The notes beneath the pieces are model-generated. The model was not told the DNA's origin. It saw nothing but the letters and a program-made list of their open reading frames with translations, and ran no database searches. A program made the translations under genes and the position numbers. A stretch of 60,830 bases of DNA, the filler included, from Sphacelaria rigidula (lineage: Eukaryota), in NCBI GenBank assembly GCA_964200075.2. It is 10 parts of 10 records of this genome, joined end to end, with 100 filler letters (N's around TTAATTAATTAA, not from the genome) between each part and the next. Parts side by side here need not be neighbours in the genome. Positions count along the whole stretch, not along the records: positions 48,746 to 54,738 come from CAXNAA020022956.1; positions 54,839 to 60,830 come from CAXNAA020022957.1; 8 more parts are not named here. One strand, given 5' to 3'. Shown one piece after another: positions 48,646 to 60,830 of this stretch (position 1 is its first letter; each line of letters opens with the position of its first letter).

Positions 48646-51600
48646 NNNNNNNNNNNNNNNNNNNNNNNNNNNNNNNNNNNNNNNNNNNNTTAATTAATTA
48701 ANNNNNNNNNNNNNNNNNNNNNNNNNNNNNNNNNNNNNNNNNNNNCTAGCCGAAAAACATTGCCCAACGGACTAGGGTCCGAAAAATCAATCCACGGGAG
48801 AAAATCGCCTGTAGATGGGCTGAAATCCTCATATTTGAAAAAATCGGGACTCATTTCCATCAAATTGGCTCTAAATGGGGCTCGGCAAATTGTGCCGCCG
48901 CGGCAACAGTCGCTGTTATCTTCCGAGAGGATTCCAGCGCACTCTGCCGATCTTTCATACGCCCAGTTCGACTATTGGTCGAAATAGCTTGAACAAGCTC
49001 AATCCCAAAAACATCAAGTATATTTTCTTTTGGTACACGTGCTTTGATCGTATTCCATGAGAAGATGGTGATCCGGCCAGAATTCGGCTTGGGCTTCGGA
49101 AAAATCGGCAGAGTGCGCTAAAAGAGGACAGTAAATCTTTCCGACGCCAAGGCCCTCTTGAGCGCCAAGCTCGGCGCCCAATCGCTAAGCAACATGTGCC
49201 ATGTTTTCGAAACGACTCAACAGATTTTGTTCTCACAACGACACAACCATGAACACAGAGAGCACACATGCGAGATCGTGGGAAAATCAACCCGAGTAGA
49301 ATCTCGTACACGATGGAAGCATGTACAAAAAATTCAAGGAAGTTAACTTGGAAGTTGTACAGCTGACAGGCGTACACCGTTTCGTATGTTGCTGTCTGCC
49401 CACTGCCCACCCTTGCAGAGGCCTCTGCAGGGCGCCCCAAGAAGTGCACACCACGGTCTGCCGGCTGTAGGGGTACAGGGGTACCATGACACACGCTCGG
49501 CGCACAGCCACCTGCAGAACATGAACATTACCATCCACAGGCTGGACAACATACTGATGTCTGTACTTGGTGATACTTCTCGGCGAAGTTCATCCGAGGG
49601 CAGCGAAAGGGACCATCCGGAGCCATGGAACATCATCGGGGGGGTTATTTTTCAACACACTGGGGGATTCTCCACACGCATGCGGTCCAGTTGTATCTCT
49701 ACGAACATGTAAATCTGTTCACGACACCCAAACAGCCAAGAAGAGCAGTACGATGGTACCGGTATCACCAACCCTTAGGCGGCGAGAGGTGGGTCATCTC
49801 TTGAATCGGCATCGATCCCACTTGGAAAAAAGTGGAGATGATTCAGATGGACTACCCTTGCGGTCTAAAGCTCATCATAGTCACACCGTCCCATCGGTTG
49901 TGTTGTCATCGCGCGCGTGTGTGGGGATGCGTACTAAACCGCCGTGATTCCGAAAAGCATGGCGACTTCTGACTGTGGAATCTCAGGTGCCTCGCGCGCG
50001 TTACCATCTTTGAAATAAAGGCCGAGCGTAGTAATTACGGGTACATGATGCCTACAACAACAACAACAACACACTGCATCATAGCGCCCTGTGTCTATGG
50101 GTTGTGCTGTATAAGTACTATTCTACAGACATTCGTCTTGGATCAAGGGGTGCCTATTAGTCGTGAAAGAGAGTTGGTGAGATGCCACGCACTCGTCGTT
50201 TCCTGTCATGCTGGACTACGGTAGAAGAAGCACTTCACACGCTCACATAGCGGACCAACCCAAGTTCTACATTGTTAGGTTTACAGTGAAAATGGTGATG
50301 GTGAGATGGAAACATTACTGTTTCCGTTTTCAAATTGCCAACATGTACGTACACGATCCAGTCCCAAATGCCGGCTTTCACGGCATGAAAGTAAACGGTA
50401 CATTTATCTTGAAAATAGTCCGTGGAGCGTTTGTCTTGCAAATAATGAAGCACCGCCAGGGTGACGCTGAAATTTAAAAAGGTGAGAACCACTTGTTGCT
50501 CGTAGATGTCGCCCGCAGCATACAGGGTACCAATTCTGCCTTCTAACGAACACGCGTGTAACTCACATGGCGCTAACGTTCATGTACATCCACATCAAAC
50601 TACGGGTGACGGTGAAAATCGGCATAGTACGGTACGGTACATGATGGTCGATGAGCAAACACTCGTCACTCGTCTCCATGTGCGAGTTTTTCCTGGAACG
50701 AGATGCGACGCTGGCGTCCGTCCAGCGTGTAGCAGGGAGGATGTTTGAGACGTTCAAGCCTTCATCAAACCAGCGCAGGTCAAGGCAACCACTCCAGCCC
50801 TGCTTCCACACGATGAAACTCAACATCCTGATCTAGATCACCGACTTTCGAAGGACTCCGAGTTACTGTACCGAAGATGAGTCGGGTAATCAGGATCACC
50901 CTCTACAGCTAAGGCCTGGCGACTTCTGCCCACAAAATCGGCCCTTGTATTTTGAAACATGGCCACAAAAGAGGCTGGTGAAGCTTCCCCGCTTTCCACG
51001 ACCAGTGTGGTGCATTTGAACTCCGTACTTCACTACTACAGCACTGTTGTGTTGGGTTCATCCGAACCCCCACCTGTGCTCTCGCTACTAGCGGGAAGCT
51101 GTGTAAGGCATAACAGCCTGCAGACCAGACAGGCAGCCTTCGATTACCTGAGTTTGTGGAGCATTCCATATTGCCAACTGGTTCACCCCTAGCCATGTCT
51201 GTACCGTCTCTGTACGGTGGTGTACTTCACAAGAAAACGATTTTACCGTGCCGTTGTACAGTCACGTTTGATGCTCCCTCCCTTATTTCAAACCTGGGGA
51301 AGATACAAGCTACGACTAACCTAGGCAAGCCTGGGCGATGACTTACGAGCGGGGCGGTGTTGATGAGCTGAGATGGGCAAGGGACGAGTATGCGTAACAC
51401 ACAGGCCGTGTAGTCATGTCCATGAGGATGAAAGACAGACTTGCAGCAACAGTTTACACACAACAACACAATCCACAGAACTGTCCGAAAATGGCAAAGG
51501 AAACACTCGGTGACTTGGGGACAGCAATTCGACGACAGGAGACGGCGTTTGGGAGTCAAACGCCCGGCACAGTCATTCTTACAAAGGTGAAGCACAGTGA

Positions 51601-52802
51601 ACCCACGCTCTATACGGCTCGATCGGTATAGTCCCCACCGATGCAGAGTGACAGCAGTCCTTGGTGTTGGTCTCATGTCGGCGTGCGACGGTTCACAACG
51701 ACAGCAGCTTTCCCCTCAAGAACGCAACAGCCCGCCCCAACAGCAGCTCAACTTGATTCCTGTACGTAGCTAGAAAGCTAGCCCTCACCTCTAGGCGTTT
51801 GAAGTTAACACACAGCGTCCTCGGGTATGTCTCGTCACGATGGAAGGGGAAATATGGGCCCTGAGGGGTCGAGTCGCGCTTCGGCGGCGCCACACCGTTC
51901 ATGGTATTCCGGTCTCACCGAAGACACAGCGTTTTCACCTCGATCGTTTACTTAGCTGAAGTTGTACACACCGTCGATTGCTTGATTTCAACTGACGAAA
52001 TAGGCAGAACCCTCTAGTTTCTTCTCCGTCGGTCACAAGAGCAGCACTCCGCCGAGATAATACTACACCCTCGCGTGACAGTCTTACTGAAAAAACAGTT
52101 GTTCTTGAAGGTCGGACATCCACCGCAGTTCAAACTGAAAAGAACAGGGCTTTGCAACTATGCTCGTGATCTGCAGGCTATACCATGACACGGTCTACAC
52201 ATATTAGGGATGTAGCAGTAGAAATAGCATGACGGGGTATAACACCCTTGTGGGTAAGGTTTGCAACCTCACTTTCCTGAGGTATGCCTGAAGAGGAATA
52301 CTATTGACCAGGATTGATGCTAGAAAATAGCTTTCATCGGCACTGAAATCTAGTTTAAGAGATTTTTAATGCCTATATTTCTTCTGAATGCTTGAGAAAC
52401 CCGAATTGCAAGTTGCATTGATTTCCTGAGGGTGTTATACATGGTGACCGGCAGAATCGAAGCATTACTTGTAAAATGTATCCATCACTTATTCACAGTA
52501 CCAACCAGTCCTCTACCAATCGCAACTGAACGTGCTGCCACCGCGTCTGAATTGACTGTACTGGAAAACAGCACACAACGTTATGGTAAATTGACACTGG
52601 ATGGCACTGGCTACCGTAGTAAACTTGGTCTACCTCTTCTCTCCAACACAAATCAACGCAGGTCGATTATAGAAGACCGAGTAACGCGAGTAGGATCCAA
52701 GGGTAGCAGGGGTATTGAGAGGTACTATCTGCGGCTATTCTTCTTCCCGGTGAGTGAGTTTGTGGTTGTTCGAAACTGACGACATACGACCCATCCAAGC
52801 CC

Positions 52803-52999
52803 ATGGAATCCACTGCAAATGGGAGCGGCGCTGCAAATGGGAGCGGCGGGCCGCCCTCGGCGTGCGGTGTGATGTGCACCAACGGCGAGGTGGTTGAAGA
52901 GGAGCTACCTTGGATAGTGAACAAGTTCGGAGGCACGAGCGTGGCGAGCGCGGAAGCTATGTGTCAAGTGAAAGACATCGTGATGGGGCAGGTTCACAG
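52803..52999 (+). CDS. Aspartate kinase (possibly bifunctional), probable first exon
   Basis: WIVNKFGGTSVASAEAM is the aspartokinase N-terminal KFGGTSV signature; donor cag/gtacgt. Confidence 0.85.
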
Positions 53000-55900
53000 G
53001 TACGTGAGCAGTAAGGAGCAGACACGTGCTTTCGGCTTCAGTCAGATCCACGATCCACATGCGAAACGGTTGCGTTCAAAGTGCGCACTGTGGATGCCGG
53101 TAGATATGCTGTATCTCTTCGCATCAAAACATGGTGATATGCGGGGACTTGATTCTTAGCTGTGCAGCTTGGTATGCGAGCGGTGGCGAGTGGATTGGTC
53201 ATTGATATGTACCAACAAGTGCCCGCGGCGCTGAGCCACTGGATTGTTGTACATGGTGTGCCTCAGCAGCGCTTGTCGTACAAGTTCTTCAACCTCAACT
53301 CAACTACTTCACTCTACTGGACCGTAATTATGATTTGTAGCATTTATATGAGCACGGCCTCGTTGCCTCATACATTTCATGTGATCGCTCATGTGAGACA
53401 TGATAGAAGATGAGATCATGATGGATAGCAGATTGGGAATCAATGTACTGCTGTGCATCGGGGACAAGCATCACACGTAGTACGGAAGGTGACTTATGAT
53501 GGTTTTGGCGATGCCGGGGCATTGAATTTTTGCCTCGAGGTGACTCACGCGGAATTAGGGGAAGGGGGAAGGGAATTTCGGTGCCCAATATCAAGCACTG
53601 CATCCGATTCCTATACAGATCGATTGGGTCAGGCCATAATGTATATCGCTCTTCTGTGAAGCTCATTCTGGAAAAGTTGTTTTCGCTACTGTTGTACAAC
53701 AACCGTACACGCGGTACACGAGGGTGGCCCCAGATCCATTTGGACCCCCTGTTTTGATGACGTTGTGTCCAGAGCGCTGCGTGCAACAGTAAAGGGAGAG
53801 TCGCCGTGAAGTGAGTACAACAGACAGCGAGCATACTGTCCTCATGTCCGACGAGCCACGAGTGCAAATTCAAAATCCTGATTCTCTACTGCTTCTACCG
53901 TAGGCCGTGCCAGCCTTTCGAACCGCCGAAAGTTCTTGGAGTTCTTTGTGGCGGGGATGGCCAATGCCATTGATGTCGTTGATGGTTTTTCATAGGTGGC
54001 AGGTATAGTACTGGGCGCCTGAACTATTTTTTCTTCAGCAGAGTTTTTTCTGGCGATTATTCTTCGATAGAAATCAAAAGTGCTAGCGTTGGTAAATTTT
54101 GGTGATATAAACAGATCGTATTTCCCTCCAGTGACCAAGTTAGTGGTGGTTGATTTTATCGTGCGATACGAGTGGATACCCTGATCAGGAGGCTGTTTTT
54201 GACCGTGAAAAACAGTTGTTTGGCTCTATTATAGTGCAATAGGAAGGTGTAATTTAAAAATAAAAATAAAAAATAAAACTGTACATTATTTCACAAATAC
54301 GATCGGGACAGGCTCGATCGACCGAAAATACCAAAATTTCAGAATCTGGGCTGAAACGTATCAGGATCCCCGATGACCGGTCAGTCCGTAAGTCACTTCG
54401 ATATTGAGTACAGATGATTTTTTTTCTTGGAATCTAGAGCGGGTACAAGTATCTTCAGATTCCCAATGTGATAAGCGGTGGCAAGTAAAAGAGCCCAAGG
54501 AGATCCCCTGCAGACTGGGCCAGCTGACAGTGATTTTTGAATGTATCCTGGCGGTGCTGTCGGTGATTCGAAGAGTTAGGCGCTGGAATTTTGACCCAAT
54601 ATTATTATCATCAGCACGCACAAAATTTCTGGGAATACCAAGAAAAAAGGGGGGGGGGGGGGGGGGGTTAGCGCGAAATGAAGTTTTGGCATAAACTAGA
54701 AGAAGGCTGTAACTCCGGGGAGAAAAAAAAAGGGGGAGNNNNNNNNNNNNNNNNNNNNNNNNNNNNNNNNNNNNNNNNNNNNTTAATTAATTAANNNNNN
54801 NNNNNNNNNNNNNNNNNNNNNNNNNNNNNNNNNNNNNNGATCTGCGCACAGGTAAAAAATGCGGCGGTTCTGGAAGGGGCCGTTAGTCCAAAATGTCTGT
54901 ACTGCTGCGGACAAGACGCAAAGAGGTGACACAGCGCCGACACGCCTAGCCACGAATACAGACGGATAGATATTCACCACTCACGCGCATTAGCTCAAGC
55001 GCTAGCTCTTGATCATCTACACACGACAGCGTTTGTTTGACGAAAACCCGTCCAGTATTAGATGAAAGGCGGCAGCGTGCGCGTCAACTAGCAACCCAAA
55101 ACGTGCTGTTGCTGACTGTTTTTGAGCGTGTGCTGTGCGCGCGTCTCACGCAAATCATTTCTCACTGGCTTCTGAACCGATTTGAACAAGGTCACGCACA
55201 GCGTGCTCAGCTGATGAGCAGCAATGAATGGAGCGGTGTGTTTTGATTTGAGAGGGTAATGCAATCCTCAGGTTTTCGTTTGATTGTGTTGACTCGTCTG
55301 TCAAGACTTCGGTTATGCCGCTGTCCACGGGATGTTGTATGTTCCCGTTCGAGGTGTCACAAAATCACTTTTACAAAAGTGATTTTTTGGCACTTTTTGG
55401 AGGGGGTGGTATCGCAGCAACCAATCATCGGTCGTGTTTCACAAAAGTAATTTCTTGAAAAGTGATAATCACTTGTGATAAGACCCCGCCTAACCCTAGC
55501 CCTGACTTCAACCCTAACCTCAATCCAAGGAATACCGAGTACCCTCGGGCGAGGGGGGGCAAAGTGTTTCCCTAGGCAAAGTGAAGCGTTGGCAGACCTC
55601 AAATCGGCGCCGCAGGCGCCGATTTCAACGAAAACGCATTGTGCACACGCTAGGAGCACTCGGGGTTGTCAGCCCCATTCAAGATCCGAATATCGATGTC
55701 CACACTCAAATCACGTTCATAAAATTGCGGGAAAGTTCTAGTCGACCATGTTGTAAACAATACTGATATTGCCATATAACCCAAATAGTATGCCCACGTT
55801 TCCCGCGGTCGGTCTTTCGTAGATTGGCTTCAAACTCCCAAAAAGGGTCAACAGCCATGTGGAGGAAAAACAACGACGGGGGGGGGACATCGCCTACTCT

Positions 55901-57911
55901 CATTGCTTGGGATTCTCCGCTGGATTGACGACTACGAACATACGGATTGAACGGTCGTGTGTATATGTGTAGTCGTTGGGCATCTATCATAATTATTGCA
56001 GCAGCATAAGTGCTGACCGGCACTATATATAGTATTTCTAGCCCAGTGTCTACGTCAGATTACTCTTGTCTCTTCTCTCCTTCTCTCCCTCTTTATTTTC
56101 TCCTCATCTCTCGACCTTCTCTTAGCGAGTTATTCAGTTCAGGTTGTGACCACGGCTTAGTTCGTAGCGGCCCAGTTGATGTGCGAAAATCAAATAAGCA
56201 AGCAACCAAGCAACGCGTTCTCACCTCCCTGTCCGAAATATACGCTATGTCTCCCTGGGAGTGGTCCACCGCTTCGTAGTCGAGATTGGATAAGTGCAGT
56301 ACCGACGCCAAAATTCGCCAAACCTAAATTGAATATGCGTGAGGAGACGACAGCAAATGCAGCGGGACAGATGGACATGAAAATAAGAGCTTTCATGTGT
56401 GTGTGTGTCAAGGTTTGTGTGTATTCAATTTCATCACCTGACGTTGAGAGTGTTTTTACACGAGCAGATTAACCCTTTGACTGCGAGCAGTTGATCTGTT
56501 GAATCGGCATCAATTTCACTTGAAGAAGGACTGCATGGCCAGATGACCTACCCCTGTTGTCAGATGGTTAAGCTGCGCATCCCGGACAATATATATTGGC
56601 TTATACTTTACGTAGTACAATGTTCTTCAATGGCAACTATTGACCATATTGGTCCAGTTGCGAACATATGCTGACTGTTGGGGAGGAAAAAGAAGAAACA
56701 AAAAAAAATGTGGCGCTACGCGGTACTCTGACATGGGTGGGAGCGTCAATCTGCCACATTCCGTCACTACATTAAAAGATATTCTTACTATCGCCCGCAG
56801 CCAGAGAAGAGGGAGGGGGGGACAGGAGGGAGGCGTGAATAACTTGCACAGCACGCAAAACACTCGCCCCTTCAATCGCAAGGCTTTGACATCTGGAAAA
56901 CATGAGCAGGTGCTCAGGGTAGGGCAGGATATGAGTCCGTGTACAGTTCAGCTTCTCGGGTACTCTGAGCTTCTCGACATTGCTGTTCGATCGGCGGTAC
57001 AGGTACCCCCAAGAATACTTGGAATTTTGGGCATTCGATGCTCTTTTTCTTTTCTGTTTTTTTCTTCTTTTGAAGTGCGACAGTTCATCAATCAAAGTGA
57101 AACCCTTTGGGTTTCCTCGATACTTGACCGGTCTCCGAGAAATATGAGCTATCTTCCAAGAAAAACGCAAGTTCGGCCAAGGAAAAAAATGGTGGCCACC
57201 GGAAAAAATGCACAGGTGTGCTGGAACCGTCTCAATGATTACGGCACGAAATTCCAAGGTGTCAAACATCCGCCTAGCTCTCTTTTAGGGCGTATAACAA
57301 CGCAGAAGCTACAAGATAATTTTCCAGATTTGAATTCTTTGTTTGCCATGAGAAGCGGCCCAAGACGGCAACACAACACCCCCACAGGGTTTCAGTGCAG
57401 TACACGATATTTCAGGCAGCTATGGAGGTTGACAGATTGAGATGGCTGGCGAACACATACATGATATTCCATGATACCCGGAGAGCTACCGTGCGGTGCT
57501 GCAAGAGGTCAGGACGCAGTGATGGCCACACCAGCGGAATGCAAGATTCCCTGCACATGTGCTGTGTCTTGTTCTGCTCTTTGAATGCGGTAGCATGTCT
57601 TTATGCCCCAACATTGTCACGACCCGATCAATATTGTGCGCTTTCGTAACGAACGTTTTAGCCTTGGACAAATACGGTAGACTTGAGCAATGTATTTGAA
57701 AAAATGATCCTGAAAGACTATCATGAAGCAGTATTCTTTCCTAGGATAGTTGTAGATAACCATGTCTTGATTATATTCGCCAATTTATGGAGTCTCAATT
57801 TCGCGAAATACACCCAAAAAAAGCGAAATAAAATACAGTACGTTAACGCGATGAACCAACCAGAGCAACCATCCGAAAGGGCAATAGCATCCAAGCAAAC
57901 AACAAACGATT

Positions 57912-58089
57912 AATCAGTAGTGGTAGTGGCAGTGGTGGTAGTATTATCATCATTATTACCATGATATTATTACTATCACTATCATCATCATCACCACCCT
58001 TATTGCTATCATTACTTATGTCATAATTATCAAAATTTGTTATTAAAAGCATCATGATCATTGTCATCATTGATCCTTATCATCATCAC

Positions 58090-58125
<36 letters not shown>

Positions 58126-58370
58126 TGTCATCATCATCGTCATTGTTATATTTTTTTTAATATTACCATTATATTTTTATAATCAATATCATCATCATCA
58201 CCACCCTTATTGTTATCATTTGTCATTATCATCAAGATTTGTTATTAACAGCATCATGATCATTGTCATTATTTATTATCATTGTTATTATCATCATCGT
58301 CATCATCATCATTGTAATATTTGAATATTATTACTATCATCGTCTTCGTTATTATCATCACTATTACTAT
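57912..58370. repeat. Degenerate (ATC/ATT)n low-complexity tract with an internal duplication
   Basis: Read directly; ATTTGTTATTAA.AGCATCATGATCATTGTCAT occurs twice. Confidence 0.9.
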
Positions 58371-58494
58371 CAAATAGCAAATCTAGATTAAACTATGTGA
58401 AATGTATCATTGAACTAATGAAGTCATGAATTAAACTATCTTACAGGGCCACTACCAGCTACCAACTACCTTTCATACGTGATACAGTACTCGC

Positions 58495-58632
58495 CTGCAT
58501 CTGCGTCTCTGCGGGTACGCCGAGGTTTCTCAAGACCTTTTGGATCGACTTGAAATGCGCCGCGTCGTCAACGCCCTTCACGACACAGCAGCCGCTTCGC
58601 GAAAGGATCCGATACGTCTCGACCTCCTTCAG
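58495..58632 (-). CDS. Myosin motor domain internal exon
   Basis: cttcag acceptor and CAG/gcgagt donor, 138 nt. LKEVETYRILSRSGCCVVKGVDDAAHFKSIQKVLRNLGVPAETQMQ resembles the myosin Y.YL..SGC..V.GVDD...F motif. Confidence 0.75.
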
Positions 58633-60830
58633 CTGAAGCACATCGTACGGAGCGTTCCACAGAACAGTCGGGCATCGCGTTTGGCCAAAAAACACGCGCA
58701 CAACGCTTTCATACGTAAGCGGGGTTTTTCAGCCAAGGTGCAACTCAGAAAAAGAGTCAGACAAAACTCCGCACGAAGCAGCACGCACGATGGCATGTTC
58801 TCGGATGCATGTACACAATAACGGGTACTTCGAGTTTCTGTACCCCTATCTGTGTGTGGGAGGTCTGGCTTGTGTTGCGGGCTTCGGCCACTAATTCAAC
58901 TAAGTAAATACTGTCCCGGTACCCTTCAATTTGACTAACATCGCACACCGTGGACAAAATATAATCCATAGTTGCAACAACAGTAGGCGCAATAGGCCGT
59001 TACTTCACGCGAAGACACTTTTTTTTTTCTGTTGCAGCTAGTGATCACATTTTGTCCAGCGTATGTAAATAATTACAACTCCTCATCATCATGGTGACCG
59101 TTAGCTGAGGTAGAACGTACGCGAGTTTTTCAAAACCACTTTTTTTTCTTTACTATTGAAAATACTTGAATTTAGGGTAGGATCTGTGAGATTCAGATCT
59201 TCATAGGCTGACAGTCCCTTATAATCAGTCTTCGCATCGTGCATAGCAAGCGTTTTTCCTTAAATCGTCACCGATCAGAGCTCTGCCAGCACACACTTTA
59301 CTTAAGACGCCACAAAACATCTTTCTCGCCCGAGGGTTCTCGGGTTGCCCTGGATCGGACGTGGGGTCAGGGTCGGGAATGTATACAGGAGTGCGTCAAC
59401 CATGGTGTTCTGACGACGAACTGACCTAAATCCGCCTCGTTCGCTGGATCCACATATTCATTTACCTACTTCTTTTTTTCTTCCAGTGAAAAAGCATACA
59501 AACTCCTGTGCGACCACGACTGATGACGTACCCGATTTATTTCGCGAGGTTTCACACGCGGCACAATGGACATGACCGTGGGGAAGAGCGGACGAGAAGG
59601 TCGGAGGGCGATACGGTATGTGCTCATAATGTATACCTGACTAAATTTGGGCTCCATCTTAGAAAGAGCAGTGGATGAGATCCATGACTTCTGAAGGAGC
59701 ATGGTACGAGGTGTGACGTGGATTGTAATTAACTTAATATAAAATATAAATGAATTTGTTTGTTGGGGTTGGAATTTTCGGAACAGTTGTAGTGCGAGAG
59801 CAAAGCGTGCCGCTTAAGCGTGCACTTGGATCACGTAGTATATCACCCGGGTGCAATTTGGAAAAAGCTTGGTTTTCTCCACAAATAATGTCCCGCACTG
59901 CGACAATAAATCGAATTCAACCGAAGGATAGTGAGGAGATCACTTCGACGATAAGATTCTCAGCAGCGTTGCCGCCCCAGTTGAATGATTGATTGATTAG
60001 TCGTATATTAGCCGATACCCGAGAAAGGAATTCAGTCGCAGTCATCATCCACATGGACGTACCCAAGGTTCGCAAACAAAACAGAAACACTCGCAAACGG
60101 GACTTCGAGGGAGGTAAAAGGCGAAAAAGAAAGATACGATGAATCGGGTGAATGGGGGTGAAAAAAAAACGAGACATAAGAGAAAAGGAAAGGAACGGAA
60201 CGGAACGGAACGAAGGATAAGGGCACGATTAACCGGTGCTGGCGACAAAAACAAAACGAACGTAGAGACAAACAAGGACAAATACCAACGTTACAAGAAA
60301 TTAAGGCTGAGTTTTCTTCTTGCCCAGGGTGTGATGTATCCCGTCACGTAGTGGTACCCCGTCGCCAGCTACCCGTAGCAAAAATATAAAGGGCGATCGT
60401 AACTGAAACACGTGAGAATGGTGGTGGTGGTTGTGGCGGGGGGGGGCGTACTCGTATGTTGCTTGCCTTAGTCGTTTGACCATTGACCACGCATCCCTTT
60501 CGAGACGGAGCACCGTTCCTTCTCCTAGTAGAGACACCTTCAACATTCCGGCGCTCATTACGTTTCTTCCATACATTACACACAACCTTTTACATATCTT
60601 ACCCCCGTCCTGGTTCGCCGTCTGTGGTCACCATCAATCTCCTAGTAATCCACCAGTGTTCCCTATTGTCTACTGCGTCAAACGATTTCATGCCATCTTC
60701 GTTCACGTCCCGCATTTCCCCCTCTAGTTCACATTCTGCCACTATATGACTTCTGCTCTCTGTTGCTTTGCCACAGGGGCAATTCTGTCCATCTACTTCC
60801 CCGTCCTTTCGACGACTGGTATATCTCTTT

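Noticed and set aside
55487..55520. Telomeric CCCTAA repeats (also near 29663 and 36045)
   Set aside because: Only 1-3 degenerate units, internal to contigs.
57843..58324. Poly-Ile/His/Met ORFs
   Set aside because: Translations of an (ATC)n low-complexity tract.

Overview
This is not one continuous locus. It is ten draft contigs of about 5.99 kb each, joined by artificial 100-nt N...TTAATTAATTAA...N linkers (contigs 1-5994, 6095-12087, 12188-18180, 18281-24273, 24374-30366, 30467-36459, 36560-42552, 42653-48645, 48746-54738, 54839-60830), so adjacency across linkers means nothing. The DNA is from an intron- and repeat-rich eukaryote with flagellar genes; the style suggests a brown alga or other stramenopile (inference). 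Recognisable content: a decayed gag-like region with a CCHC knuckle; a decayed Ty3/Gypsy pol (RT-RNase H-integrase-chromodomain plus an extra C-terminal domain); and isolated spliced exons of an acylglycerol-lipase-like hydrolase, CFAP58, a CAMKK/GRIK-like kinase, KRR1, a Rab-like GTPase, an aspartate kinase and a myosin. Several MITE/TIR families, tRNA-like SINE heads and simple repeats fill the introns. The most unusual items are (i) a >3 kb array of alternately inverted ~150-bp monomers with a 1383-bp higher-order duplication, (ii) a Rab-like GTPase with no C-terminal prenylation cysteines and an apparently split WW domain, and (iii) a chromovirus integrase carrying a possible Tudor-like domain after the chromodomain. 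All calls were made by eye; no database searches were run.
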